A stretch of DNA of 64,000 bases, from positions 19,117 through 83,116 of the IMG/VR virus record IMGVR_UViG_3300024496_000030. The stretch is one strand, 5' to 3'. The position numbers and the translations under genes were made by a program. Below the pieces are notes generated by a model. That model was given only the letters and a program-made list of their open reading frames with translations. It did no database searches and was not told where the DNA came from. Each line of letters opens with the position of its first letter. The stretch's first letter is position 1. Of the stretch, positions 26,273 to 36,246 are shown in pieces. Origin of the DNA: a virus.

Positions 26273-27853
26273 ATGGAATTCCGTCTTCCCACTGAACTTG
26301 CAAACAAACTGGTTGATTATGACCAGACCCTCAAACAAATCAAACCCAAGAAGGAACCAAAAGAAGCCAGCACCAGGCTCAAGCGCAGAACAAAGCTAGC
26401 CTTCCCTTGTCCTGACATCTTCTTTGATCTCACAGTAGATGAGATCCATGAGATCTACGAAGAGTTCTGCTTTCGCCCTGCTCCGATGCGTTATCACACG
26501 GTACGCAGCAATGTAAATCCCATGCTTACTCGTTATCTCGTTGCATGGGATAAGTGTTCACAAACTAAACAAGAGATCTGGTATTGCTGGAAGGTTGGTG
26601 ATAAAGATTGTCCCATCATATTTAGAACATGGGATGAATCAGATCTAGATGATGAGTACCACGAATTCCGTGCTGATCAATCATTGAAAGCTTTAAATAA
26701 AGCTCAAGATAATCCTTTTACTGTTAGATATAAAGCAGAACAAGAACGTTATGAAGCAGTCTCTTGTTTTATATCTGCTGTCTGTAATCAAGTTGAATTG
26801 CCTGAAATCAATAGAGCTTTACATGTAACAGGTAAATTAAATATGTACGGTATTACTAAATTCTTTTATGAGATGTTTTTCTCTGCTAAAGATGAGCAAT
26901 CTTTTTATCCTGCTCAGTGGTTATCAAAACAGAGAATGCACGCTATGACTGAGTGCATGATTGATCTTAAAACAAATAGCACCATCATTAATAGTAAGTT
27001 TTACCAGAACGAAGTAAGAAAAGAAGCTAAGTGTTTAGAGGAAAAAGTATTAACTGGATATATTAATCCTCAGTCTCTTGTTCATAAACTAAGTTACATT
27101 TATTTGTTTCTTACTGTATTTCCTGATGAGTATGATCGTTCCATTAATCTTTATACTCAACTAAGTCAATATCATTTTTCTTCTCATTGGTCTACTTGGG
27201 CAATCTTTGATCGAATTACACGTGTAAGAATTGGATTTAGATCTAAATTTATGCAGTGGTTTACTTCTAAAGTTACACCACAAATGTTTATCAATTGGAT
27301 CCTTGAAGAAGTAGAAATTAAACAGAAGCGTGACTATGACACTACCATCCGCGACACAATGGAAATGTTGATTAAAGCTAGAGAACGAATTGATTACCTA
27401 AGTAATCCCAATCCTGAGTATCTCAAAAAACCTAAGCGCTGGCGTCTCCAGGAGGTTCATGATCATTACGTTGGCATCACTCTTCAGATGGATAACCAGA
27501 TGAAGAATCTACCAACAGATTTGATTCCAGAACCAATTACTTTTGAAACAGAGCTTGGAACCATCCGTATGTTCCAGCCTTCCACCAATCACGAGGTCAT
27601 CCGCTGGGGTAAAGCAGTCCGTAACTGCGTTGGTTCAGCTGGCTATGACGAGCGAGTGCTCAAGCGCAGCGCTTTCCTTGTGTTTGCTGAACGCAACGAG
27701 AAGCCATGGCTAACCTCTTTGCTTACCCTCAACATGGGGATGCTCCACGTGGGACAGACGGTCTCACCGTTCAATGCCAACCTAGAACCTGGTGAGCGCC
27801 AGGTGTATGAGCGGTGTTTACAGCAAGCCATTGGTATTACTGAGCAACAGTAA
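26273..27853 (+). CDS. PcfJ-like domain protein
   Basis: C-terminal EVHD...WGKAVRNCVGSAGY...N pattern. Confidence 0.6.
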   Translation: MEFRLPTELANKLVDYDQTLKQIKPKKEPKEASTRLKRRTKLAFPCPDIFFDLTVDEIHEIYEEFCFRPAPMRYHTVRSNVNPMLTRYLVAWDKCSQTKQEIWYCWKVGDKDCPIIFRTWDESDLDDEYHEFRADQSLKALNKAQDNPFTVRYKAEQERYEAVSCFISAVCNQVELPEINRALHVTGKLNMYGITKFFYEMFFSAKDEQSFYPAQWLSKQRMHAMTECMIDLKTNSTIINSKFYQNEVRKEAKCLEEKVLTGYINPQSLVHKLSYIYLFLTVFPDEYDRSINLYTQLSQYHFSSHWSTWAIFDRITRVRIGFRSKFMQWFTSKVTPQMFINWILEEVEIKQKRDYDTTIRDTMEMLIKARERIDYLSNPNPEYLKKPKRWRLQEVHDHYVGITLQMDNQMKNLPTDLIPEPITFETELGTIRMFQPSTNHEVIRWGKAVRNCVGSAGYDERVLKRSAFLVFAERNEKPWLTSLLTLNMGMLHVGQTVSPFNANLEPGERQVYERCLQQAIGITEQQ

Positions 27854-27877
27854 GATAAAGCAACATTCATTGTTGCT

Positions 27878-28099
27878 ATGGAAACCTCCACTGATGCAGG
27901 TCTCACCGTTACCTTTGACGATGAGACCGGCGTTTTTTCTTTTGAATGGGATGAGGAGACTCATCCTGAGTACAACTTTATTAAAGATTTCACCGATGAA
28001 AGTTTTGCTACCATGATGCGCAACTACATGGAGAGCTTGGATCTCCCTCCCAATGTCACGGAAGCCAGCGACGATTCAACCGAAGTTTCAGCCGGGTGA
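27878..28099 (+). CDS. small acidic protein
   Basis: FSFEWDEETHPEY. Confidence 0.65.
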   Translation: METSTDAGLTVTFDDETGVFSFEWDEETHPEYNFIKDFTDESFATMMRNYMESLDLPPNVTEASDDSTEVSAG

Positions 28100-28373
28100 T
28101 CGGGTAGCAGAGCGCCCAAAAGCATCCCTCATCTCTGCTATCCGCAAAGAAGCACGGGAGATTGTTAAAAAGTACACAGGTCACCGCCGTGGTGTTGTAG
28201 TTGGCAACACCATCAAGGTGTTGACTTCAAGCAATGGCCGCACCAGCAGGGTGTGCTACGTCAGCATCTTGTGGGACGGATTGAAAAGTCCTTCTGAACA
28301 TTCACAGATGCGAATTTGTTTAGAAGAAGAGTACGACAAAATCCGTCAGGATCACTATGCATTGACTGAGTAG
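28053..28373 (+). CDS. SH3/KOW-like small protein (paralog 1)
   Basis: FQPGDRV...ILWDG..PSEH. Confidence 0.6.
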   Translation: MSRKPATIQPKFQPGDRVAERPKASLISAIRKEAREIVKKYTGHRRGVVVGNTIKVLTSSNGRTSRVCYVSILWDGLKSPSEHSQMRICLEEEYDKIRQDHYALTE

Positions 28374-28394
28374 ATCTACACACTTCTCTTTCTC

Positions 28395-28709
28395 ATGACT
28401 GACAACAATCATCCGATTACTCCTCCGCCTGAGCTGTTACGAGAATGGGTAGGCAGTCAGCACGGCTACCTCAATGCTGCCCGCTGGGGCGCTGATCAGG
28501 AGCTGGAGGCGTGCTGTGCGGACCTGCGAATGGTTCTTGGACCCAACCAAGCTGATTGGCTGCGCTCCGTGCGCCGCCCCAAGCCGCCGAGCTTGAAGGA
28601 GCAGGCGTTAGGAGCCCTCTATGCCATAGCCACAGGGGCTGATGACACCAGAGAGTTTCACCAAGATCTGGAAACCATTAAGCAAGCTCTTGAATCCCTG
28701 CCCGATTAG
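28395..28709 (+). CDS. conserved cyanophage-type protein (HPITPPPEL / ADQELEACC / RPKPPSLKEQAL)
   Basis: Recognised pattern. Confidence 0.75.
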   Translation: MTDNNHPITPPPELLREWVGSQHGYLNAARWGADQELEACCADLRMVLGPNQADWLRSVRRPKPPSLKEQALGALYAIATGADDTREFHQDLETIKQALESLPD

Positions 28710-28917
28710 TCAACATCACTTCTATGCGTAATTACTTTCTTGCCACACTCGCAATCCTTACCCTTGTGGTCGGATACGTATTTCTTCTGCAGTCTGCCAA
28801 TGATCGCATTGAAGCCAGGTGTGCTGCCAATGGCGGTCAAGTGCTAACGCAACCTGGCGATGTGTCCAGATGTTTGCGCCCTGCCCAGTAGTCAGACCCA
28901 CTTATCACTTTTCAATC

Positions 28918-29172
28918 ATGAGCGGCAACGCTAAGCGTGAGTTTAAAGTTGGTGACCGTGTTAAGTACAACAAGAAAGGAATGGCTGGTCCTCTTTCTAA
29001 CAACAAACCACACCAAGTGTTTGCTCCACGGTTAGGAGAAGTGAAGGGCATCTTCATTAAAGAAGATGGCAAAGGTTACAAACGCAAGTGGATTCAGGTT
29101 CTCTGGGATGGAGCAGTACGCCCCAGTGATCACGCCAGTCAGCGGCTGGTGTTTGAGCATGAAGAATGTTGA
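28918..29172 (+). CDS. SH3/KOW-like small protein (paralog 2)
   Basis: FKVGDRV...VLWDG..PSDH; ATG 28918. Confidence 0.6.
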   Translation: MSGNAKREFKVGDRVKYNKKGMAGPLSNNKPHQVFAPRLGEVKGIFIKEDGKGYKRKWIQVLWDGAVRPSDHASQRLVFEHEEC

Positions 29173-29211
29173 CTAACCCTGTAAGCTAGGTAACAACGAA
29201 GGAATGAACCA

Positions 29212-29865
29212 ATGAGCATTGTTGAACTTGTTTGGGCTACACCAGATGCTGAAGCACTGATCACTAAGATGGCACGCGTTTCAGCGCCAGCCAATGAGAA
29301 CAACATGGAGACTGCTCCTAAGTTGCTCCGTTACTTAATCAAACATGCTCATTGGTCGCCATTTGAAATGGCAAACATGTGTATAGAGATTCATACAACT
29401 CGTGCAATCTCAGCCCAGATCATCCGTCACCGTTCATTTTCCTTTCAAGAATTTAGTCAGCGCTATGCAGATATCAATCTGTTAGGTTCAACTTACGTGC
29501 CGCACTTGCGTCGCCAGGATACAAAAAATAGGCAGAACTCTGTTGATGATCTTGATGCAGAGATGACCGGTCAATATTACCGGCGCATCAGTACTCTCTT
29601 TGAAGAAGCTGAGCATCTGTATAAAGAGATGGTGAGTTCTGGTGTAGCAAAAGAATGTGCACGTAACATTCTTCCGCTTGCATCTCCTACCCGTATTTAT
29701 ATGAATGGCTCCTTGCGTTCATGGATTACTTATATTGCTCTGCGCGAAAAGCACGGAACGCAGATGGAGCATATGCAAATTGCAAAAGATGCTAAGAAGA
29801 TCTTCTGTGGTCAGTTTCCTACGATTGCAGAAGCTCTAGGTGGCTCTGAAGAATGGACCATCTAA
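29212..29865 (+). CDS. thyX: FAD-dependent thymidylate synthase
   Basis: HWSPFE and RHRSFSFQEFSQRY signature. Confidence 0.95.
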   Translation: MSIVELVWATPDAEALITKMARVSAPANENNMETAPKLLRYLIKHAHWSPFEMANMCIEIHTTRAISAQIIRHRSFSFQEFSQRYADINLLGSTYVPHLRRQDTKNRQNSVDDLDAEMTGQYYRRISTLFEEAEHLYKEMVSSGVAKECARNILPLASPTRIYMNGSLRSWITYIALREKHGTQMEHMQIAKDAKKIFCGQFPTIAEALGGSEEWTI

Positions 29866-29951
29866 AAGATAAAGTATAAAGATTAATAACATTTAATTAC
29901 CTGGGCACCGCAAGGGTAAGTCCCAGCTTTGTTGTATTTGCACACACCACG

Positions 29952-30896
29952 ATGGACAACAAACTACCCAAAGTTCCTGAGAAAGCTCTTGAAGCTTTGA
30001 AGGATGGCATTCAATCTGTTCTTGATTCTAAAGATTGGACTGGTTTTCTTTCTGCTATTCGGTGCATACATGACTATAGTTTCAACAATAAGTTGTTGAT
30101 TATGATGGCGCAACACAAGCGTGGATGGGCGTTTAGTCCATTTGTTGCTGGCGCCAGGAAGTGGAACGACAAGTTCAATCGGCAACTTAAGAAAGGTGAG
30201 TTCACCAATCCCATCTGGATCCTTGCTCCAGTACTCATTAAGAAGACGGACGAGAATGGACAAGTCCTTTGTCGTGCGGATGGAACGCCTGAGCAAGTGC
30301 CAATTCGCTTTCGTGGGGTGAAGGTCTATGACCATCATCAAACAGAGGGAGATCCAATCCCTGAACCAGACACCACTGGCATGATGGCACAGCTAGAGGG
30401 AAACATCTCCTCCCATGTCATGGATGGTATGGTTGCCGTTGCTAAGCGCCGTAGCGTTGAGGTGCAGCGTTGTTCTGCAGCTGATCTTGGTGCTGCGCTA
30501 GGCCGCTGCTGGTTTGCCAATCAAGGGCGGGCCAGCAAGATTGAGATCAGTTCAGAACTGAATGAGATCACTGCTGTCAGTGTCATGGCCCATGAGCTGG
30601 GTCACGCCATCCTCCACAACCGTGATGAGTACCAGGAACATGACTCCTCCTCCATCAAAGAACTGGAAGCTGAGTCAGTTGCTTATCTGGTTTGTTCTCA
30701 TTACGGCGTGGATCTTGGTTGTCGCAGCTTTCAGTACATTGTTCATCACAACACTGCGTCTGATGATGTCGTTGCAGATCTTTTGAAGTCAGGTGATCGG
30801 ATCTTCCGTGCCTACGAGGAGATCATTAAGACCACTGATGAATACCTCACGACAGGGCCAGCTCCAGTGGAAGCTAAGATGCTGGCTGCTGTCTGA
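29952..30896 (+). CDS. ArdC-like ssDNA-binding / zincin antirestriction protein
   Basis: YSFNNKLLI..Q, VAG..KW..FNR.LKKGE, VYD..QTEG; AHELGH and ELEAESVAY. Confidence 0.75.
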   Translation: MDNKLPKVPEKALEALKDGIQSVLDSKDWTGFLSAIRCIHDYSFNNKLLIMMAQHKRGWAFSPFVAGARKWNDKFNRQLKKGEFTNPIWILAPVLIKKTDENGQVLCRADGTPEQVPIRFRGVKVYDHHQTEGDPIPEPDTTGMMAQLEGNISSHVMDGMVAVAKRRSVEVQRCSAADLGAALGRCWFANQGRASKIEISSELNEITAVSVMAHELGHAILHNRDEYQEHDSSSIKELEAESVAYLVCSHYGVDLGCRSFQYIVHHNTASDDVVADLLKSGDRIFRAYEEIIKTTDEYLTTGPAPVEAKMLAAV

Positions 30897-30998
30897 GTTC
30901 AGATCAAGCCAGGCTTCACGAGGCCTGGCTCTAACCGCTTCTGAAGTGCGGGTAACGCCTCATGAAGTAAATCAAAAGGCAACGAAACTCTACCATTG

Positions 30999-31295
30999 AT
31001 GAAAGGTTTTGTCAGCTCAACGCAACCCACACGCACTGCTAGTTATTGGGTTGCCTGTTACTCAAAAGAAGATGAAGATGTTCCGATGGGTATTCACAAA
31101 AAAGTTTTGAAGTATAAGGTAGGACAGGATAAAGAGAAACTTATTATTCGGTACTGCCACCAGTTGTTTGATCTCAACCGCACCATCTGGGATGTGCTTG
31201 TGCACCAGGGGCCATCAGAAGTTCCAGAACACGGCGATCAAGTCGTGATGCGCATGAGTCGTGATCAGTTCCGTGGCTCGACAATTGTTCGTTAA
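30999..31295 (+). CDS. hypothetical protein
   Basis: ORF track. Confidence 0.6.
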   Translation: MKGFVSSTQPTRTASYWVACYSKEDEDVPMGIHKKVLKYKVGQDKEKLIIRYCHQLFDLNRTIWDVLVHQGPSEVPEHGDQVVMRMSRDQFRGSTIVR

Positions 31296-31311
31296 TCCTT
31301 TATAATTTTTT

Positions 31312-31585
31312 TGGTTCTGATCAGACCCTCGTGGCCACGAGAACGTCCAGTTACTTTCAGGCGTAACTGGATACCTGATATCACAGAGTGGAAGCTGTGA
31401 TGTCAACGATGAAGCAGAAAGAGGAATGGGGGCCGACCCTCATTTAAAACCCGTGAACGGGATCCTCTTCTGTTAAAAATTTTTGTAGGGGCGCAGCCCC
31501 ACCGATAGCTACACGGCAGGGCTGTTCACTTACCAGCAGAAGGAAACCACAAAAACTTCTGCTCCCCAGGGCCTGCCGTGGTTCT
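31312..31585 (+). ncRNA. candidate structured ncRNA (array of hairpins)
   Basis: No credible plus-strand ORF; TATAAT at 31301; at least 7 consecutive stem-loops. Confidence 0.5.
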
Positions 31586-31636
31586 TCTACGGCCCCATCC
31601 TATAATAGGTTCTATGCGCTTTACAAGAACCTCACC

Positions 31637-31867
31637 ATGGCCGTATTATGCAAACCAAAAATCATAGGGACAGTTGCCTGTGATTCCGGTTCAATCGCTC
31701 TTGTTGATCCATCTCATCTCGAAGTATCGGATGCAGATACTGTTCAGCTTCCTCATTGGAATCTGTTTACTTCTGTGGATACTGAAACAGGAGATGGAGA
31801 ATTTGTTGTTTACGCTCAACGTGACAACCGTGGTTGTTTGCGTCGAGTCATCATTGAAATTGAATGA
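31637..31867 (+). CDS. conserved phage protein (DSG...DP / GDG pattern)
   Basis: IGTVACDSGSIALVDP...GDGEFVVY. Confidence 0.7.
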   Translation: MAVLCKPKIIGTVACDSGSIALVDPSHLEVSDADTVQLPHWNLFTSVDTETGDGEFVVYAQRDNRGCLRRVIIEIE

Positions 31868-32012
31868 TCTCTACAACTATCTTTCTGATCTGGGTTCTCA
31901 TCAATATCATCTTCTTATTTAACTTTAATCTTCCAGTTGGTTACCTTGTTATTGTCAACCTATCCTTTATAGTGGCGAGTATCCTTTCAGATGCTGAGCC
32001 CCACAATCGGAT

Positions 32013-32291
32013 ATGAGCAACCTGCTAGACCCCAGGCGCGAGCCCAACCGTTGGCTTGCTGCTATGTTTGATCACCTTCTTCAGGTAGGCGATTCTGACT
32101 CTCTTGATTCTCTTCGTTCTGGTTATTATCAACTTTGTAATGTTGTTGAGCCTGGTTTGATTGACAGTCTGTTTCAACCTTGGATTGAAGCATATCTTCA
32201 AGGACTCCAGGATGAGGATGGAACAGAAAACATTCAAAATATCCAGCGTCCACCGCAGGGGCTAGAGGATCTGCCGGAACCACTCCAATAA
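32013..32291 (+). CDS. hypothetical protein
   Basis: ORF track. Confidence 0.55.
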   Translation: MSNLLDPRREPNRWLAAMFDHLLQVGDSDSLDSLRSGYYQLCNVVEPGLIDSLFQPWIEAYLQGLQDEDGTENIQNIQRPPQGLEDLPEPLQ

Positions 32292-32745
32292 TTTTCCCCA
32301 GTTCATATAACGGTTCAGCTGCATATGGCGGTCTGTGCCACCAAAACTTCAAGGCTTCCCAATCCACTGACCAGTCCGGGTGGTACGCCAACCACCTGGA
32401 CCATGCCTTGAATTGCTTTTCTGGATGCCGCGAGGTGCAATCCAAATACAAGCAGTCGCCAGGTTCCAGTTGCCAACGTGCTACCAATAGGTGCTTAAAG
32501 CCTTGGTTAATTGATTTGAATCCACCTTTACCTGTTAGGTGGCTGCGCATATTGCTAGCACGTTTGTTCTTTTTATTTCGGTACCAATCATTAAGTTGCC
32601 GCTTTGATTTGCTGATGGCATAAGCGACACGCCATACCCAATGATCACCAGTAAAGCAAAACTCTGGCGTTAGGAAGAGTTTGCAATACTGATCATTGAT
32701 TTTAAACGTAGTAGTGCTACGCTTGCGGCATACTTTATAGGTCAT
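32062..32745 (-). CDS. Trp-rich hypothetical protein
   Basis: Isolated minus-strand ORF; ATG 32745. Confidence 0.6.
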   Translation of the reverse strand: MTYKVCRKRSTTTFKINDQYCKLFLTPEFCFTGDHWVWRVAYAISKSKRQLNDWYRNKKNKRASNMRSHLTGKGGFKSINQGFKHLLVARWQLEPGDCLYLDCTSRHPEKQFKAWSRWLAYHPDWSVDWEALKFWWHRPPYAAEPLYELGKIIGVVPADPLAPAVDAGYFECFLFHPHPGVLEDMLQSKVETDCQSNQAQQHYKVDNNQNEENQESQNRLPEEGDQT

Positions 32746-32748
32746 GGC

Positions 32749-33027
32749 GTGGACGATCTTATCATCGCTATCCAACAAGATCCCGAACTATGGGAGATTG
32801 TTGAGAAGCTGAAAAGTCCTGATGAAGATCTAGAAGATTTCCTGCTCAGCATAGCGCATATGCTGTCGATTGAATTCCAGGAACTTCATAAGACAGATCT
32901 TTCTGACAAACTTGCTTCCCTTTTCGGTGGTCTTCCTAACAAGTCACTGATCATGGCACCGATGCTTCTGCATATTGCACTGGATATTTTTCTGATGCGT
33001 GCCATTCCTCATCAAATGGAGGGGTGA
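32749..33027 (+). CDS. hypothetical protein
   Basis: ORF track. Confidence 0.6.
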   Translation: MDDLIIAIQQDPELWEIVEKLKSPDEDLEDFLLSIAHMLSIEFQELHKTDLSDKLASLFGGLPNKSLIMAPMLLHIALDIFLMRAIPHQMEG

Positions 33028-33028
33028 A

Positions 33029-33262
33029 ATGCAACGCGGTTACGTGCTCTGTAACTATGATCTCTCCCAGGTGTTGTGTTTGACACCAGGGAAAGACGGT
33101 GTGATGCTGCAAGATGTGGACAGTACAAAGGTACTCAACAAAGCAGTGTGCCTGCCGGATTTGACTGAAGCTAAAAATGTTTCACAAAGGCTTCAGAATA
33201 AAGAGATGACAGGTGACCTTGAGATTGTTAATGTGGCTCGGCTTTATAAGAAATTTTTCTAA
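33029..33262 (+). CDS. hypothetical protein
   Basis: GGAGG upstream of ATG 33029. Confidence 0.6.
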   Translation: MQRGYVLCNYDLSQVLCLTPGKDGVMLQDVDSTKVLNKAVCLPDLTEAKNVSQRLQNKEMTGDLEIVNVARLYKKFF

Positions 33263-33274
33263 GGTGATCTCCTT

Positions 33275-35122
33275 ATGAGATTGGTATTGGACCTTGAGAG
33301 CAATGGGTTGTTGCCAGTAATGGACACAATCCATTGCATTGTGCTACGTAATGTTGATACTGGTAACTTAATTAGCTGTGCAGATCAACCAGGTCATCAC
33401 AGCTTAGAAACAGCTCTTGATTTTATAAAAGAAGCAACGTTACTTGTTGGTCATAACATTATTAAGTTTGATCTACCAGCCCTGAGAAAAATATATCCAG
33501 GTTTTCAACTTAGACCTGATGTTCAGTATTACGATACGTTAGTTGTTAGCAGAGTCATGTGGCCTGAATTAGAGCCTGTTGATGCTGCTAAGTTCTCACA
33601 TATCCCACGTAAATACTTTGGGCGCCACAGCTTGGCAGCCTGGGGTGAACGCCTCGGTGTTAGTAAGATTAATTTCAAAGAAGAGAGTAAAAAAGATAAT
33701 GATGAAGTAGAAGATGTGTGGGAAAGATGGACACCTACAATGCAAACATATTGTGAAGGTGACGTAGAAGTATCGACTAGACTATATGAATATCTTTCCT
33801 GTCAAGATCTGGACTCCAGGTGTCTGGAACTAGAGCATGAGTTTGCTCTAGTCATGGCACAGCAGGAAACATTTGGGTTTCCCTTCAATGAAAAGGCAGC
33901 CTATGCGTTGGTCAACACGCTCAAAGCTCGACGCTCTGAGCTTGAAGATGAACTCCAAGCAACCTTCCCGCCAATCGAGAAGGAACGCTGGTCGGAAAAG
34001 ACTGGCAAACAACTTAAAACAGAGATTACAGTATTCAATCCTGCCTCCAGGACACAGATCTCGCAGCGTCTACGAGCTAAGTACCCTGAGATTACGTTTG
34101 AATCCACGGAGAAAGGCAAGCCAAAAGTGGATGATGATGTTCTGGAGTTTCTTGGTCAGAAATATCCAGAAGCCAAGCTCCTTGCTGAGTACCAACTCTT
34201 TAATAAAAGGCTTGGTCAAATTGCTGAAGGGAAGGAAGCATGGCTGAAGCACTGCAGGATTTATAACGATGGCCGTATTCATGGCGAAGTTATTACTAAT
34301 GCTTGCATTAGCGGCCGATGCAGCCACAAACGTCCCAACATGGCCCAAGTCCCCAGTGTTGGTCACGCTTTTGGAGCTGAGTGCAGGGCTCTGTTTTATG
34401 CTCCTGATGGTTGGCTGCTGGTTGGTGCTGATGCTTCTGGACTCGAACTCCGGGCGCTAGGTTCCTGGCTTGCTTACTTTGATGATGGTGAGTACGCCAG
34501 GCTAGTCAGCACCGAGGGTTTTGATATCCACACATACAATGCCAAACTCTTCGGGATCTACGATGGTGTTGGTGAGATCAGCAAGGCTACCCGTGATCTA
34601 TCGAAGCGGCTTATTTATTGCATCTTGTATGGTGGCGGTGCAAAAAAGACTGGATCCATTATATCTCCTGACGAAAGTGAAGATACCCAATACAAGCAGG
34701 GTAAGAAAACCATTGATACTTTCTATCGGAATCTACCTGCTATCAAGAAGCTTAAAGATCTCATCGACGAACGCATTACGCAACGCGGTTATCTTACTGG
34801 TATTGATGGCAGACGGCTACAGATTCGCTCTAAACATTCAGCCCTCAACCAGCTCCTCCAATCCACGGGCGCAATCGCGGTAAAGAAAGCAACAACAATT
34901 CTTTATAATGATTTAACTAATGAAGGATTAGTCTTTGCAAAAGACTGGGGATTTGTTGCACACGTGCATGATGAATATCAGGCTCTAGTTAAACCTGAGT
35001 ACGTTGATCTTTATACCAAGCTTGCTATTGATTCTTTCCGTAAATCCGGTGAGTACTTCCAGTTAAAATGTCCACTGACAGGTGAGGCTAGGACAGGAAG
35101 GAACTGGCAAGAGACTCACTGA
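33275..35122 (+). CDS. polA: family A DNA polymerase with 3'-5' exonuclease (T7-like)
   Basis: ExoI DLESNG, GHNIIKFD; motif A DASGLELR, motif B RDLSKRLIYCILYG, motif C HDEYQ. Confidence 0.95.
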   Translation: MRLVLDLESNGLLPVMDTIHCIVLRNVDTGNLISCADQPGHHSLETALDFIKEATLLVGHNIIKFDLPALRKIYPGFQLRPDVQYYDTLVVSRVMWPELEPVDAAKFSHIPRKYFGRHSLAAWGERLGVSKINFKEESKKDNDEVEDVWERWTPTMQTYCEGDVEVSTRLYEYLSCQDLDSRCLELEHEFALVMAQQETFGFPFNEKAAYALVNTLKARRSELEDELQATFPPIEKERWSEKTGKQLKTEITVFNPASRTQISQRLRAKYPEITFESTEKGKPKVDDDVLEFLGQKYPEAKLLAEYQLFNKRLGQIAEGKEAWLKHCRIYNDGRIHGEVITNACISGRCSHKRPNMAQVPSVGHAFGAECRALFYAPDGWLLVGADASGLELRALGSWLAYFDDGEYARLVSTEGFDIHTYNAKLFGIYDGVGEISKATRDLSKRLIYCILYGGGAKKTGSIISPDESEDTQYKQGKKTIDTFYRNLPAIKKLKDLIDERITQRGYLTGIDGRRLQIRSKHSALNQLLQSTGAIAVKKATTILYNDLTNEGLVFAKDWGFVAHVHDEYQALVKPEYVDLYTKLAIDSFRKSGEYFQLKCPLTGEARTGRNWQETH

Positions 35123-36069
35123 GGATTAACTTTTACGTTTCCAGCTGAATCAACATCTAAATTATACTTATAAGGTTTGCCATATCCTTGGGTTACGATG
35201 CCGCGACCAATCATGTCAGGGCTAACAGGCATGAAAAGTGGACGTTTCCAAAAACTTGTATCAGTTAGAAATCCTCCTTTATTTTTAGGTGCATAACCAA
35301 AGTTATATGTTTCATCTTTGATTGTATATTTACTATCTGTTATTGTAGGCTCTACCCAGACGCTTCCTAGTGAGTTGCGTAATTGCCACTGTTCACCAGT
35401 AGTGCCAGTATGCATAGCTTTGTATGCAGATTTTTGTTCTGATGGAGTTGCATCTCCAAAGCGTCTTTGTAAAACTGTTTCTGGCCCTACATCTCCCGAT
35501 GCATAATATAAAGGAACATAGCCTTCTTTAAGTTTTTCTCCATACCAAGGTCGTTGTCCTGGTTCACTTAAAGCGCTTTGCATGAAAGCAGGATCAGAAT
35601 ATTTTTCTTTATTTTGTTTTATATCTGCATAAAGTTGACGCCCAACTGTTTGTGGAATTTGTAAATTATCGGCACCAGTTCCAGATAAATACCGAAGGAA
35701 CATGTTGGTATTTAGATCATATTCATTTTGAATGTCCGGATTAGCTGCGTAATATTCTGATACTTTTTGTATTTCTTTTGGATTACTTAAGACCACACCA
35801 ACAGGATTGGCGCCTGCTTGTGTAATTGCTCTAAGCGCATTCAATGCCTGACCTTGACCAGCAAAACGCCCTGGTTTTCCTTGATAATCATAGCTAGCAC
35901 TTTGTCTTGCTAAACTTTCTTGACGCCGTCTAGCAAGCTCACGTTCACCTTCTTGTTTTGCGCGTGTTAGCGGGGAGGCAGTTCCACCGCCAGGAAGCCA
36001 GCCACCTAAAGCACTGTCTGCTTGGCTCCAAACTTGTCCTGCTTTTCGAAAAAAACTAGATAAAGGCAT
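35116..36069 (-). CDS. putative virion-associated protein inserted in replication region
   Basis: 317 aa, G/Q/Y-rich like the late proteins. Confidence 0.65.
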   Translation of the reverse strand: MPLSSFFRKAGQVWSQADSALGGWLPGGGTASPLTRAKQEGERELARRRQESLARQSASYDYQGKPGRFAGQGQALNALRAITQAGANPVGVVLSNPKEIQKVSEYYAANPDIQNEYDLNTNMFLRYLSGTGADNLQIPQTVGRQLYADIKQNKEKYSDPAFMQSALSEPGQRPWYGEKLKEGYVPLYYASGDVGPETVLQRRFGDATPSEQKSAYKAMHTGTTGEQWQLRNSLGSVWVEPTITDSKYTIKDETYNFGYAPKNKGGFLTDTSFWKRPLFMPVSPDMIGRGIVTQGYGKPYKYNLDVDSAGNVKVNPQ

Positions 36070-36246
36070 TACTTTTTCTTTCCGCCATTCTTGGCTTTAC
36101 GGGCGTTTGCATTACCGCTGTTCTGTTTAGCATTTTGCTTAGCAGTAGCAGCGGATTTTTTGTTCTTGGCCTGAGCCATTTTAATACTATCTTCTACTTG
36201 TCATTCTACGAGAAGTCAGTACAGTAGTTCCGGTGCCCACCTTCTC

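Noticed and set aside
34956-34963. TTGCACAC inside polA (also at ~13684, antisense to a late gene)
   Set aside because: Not at a start codon; treated as background for the seed motif
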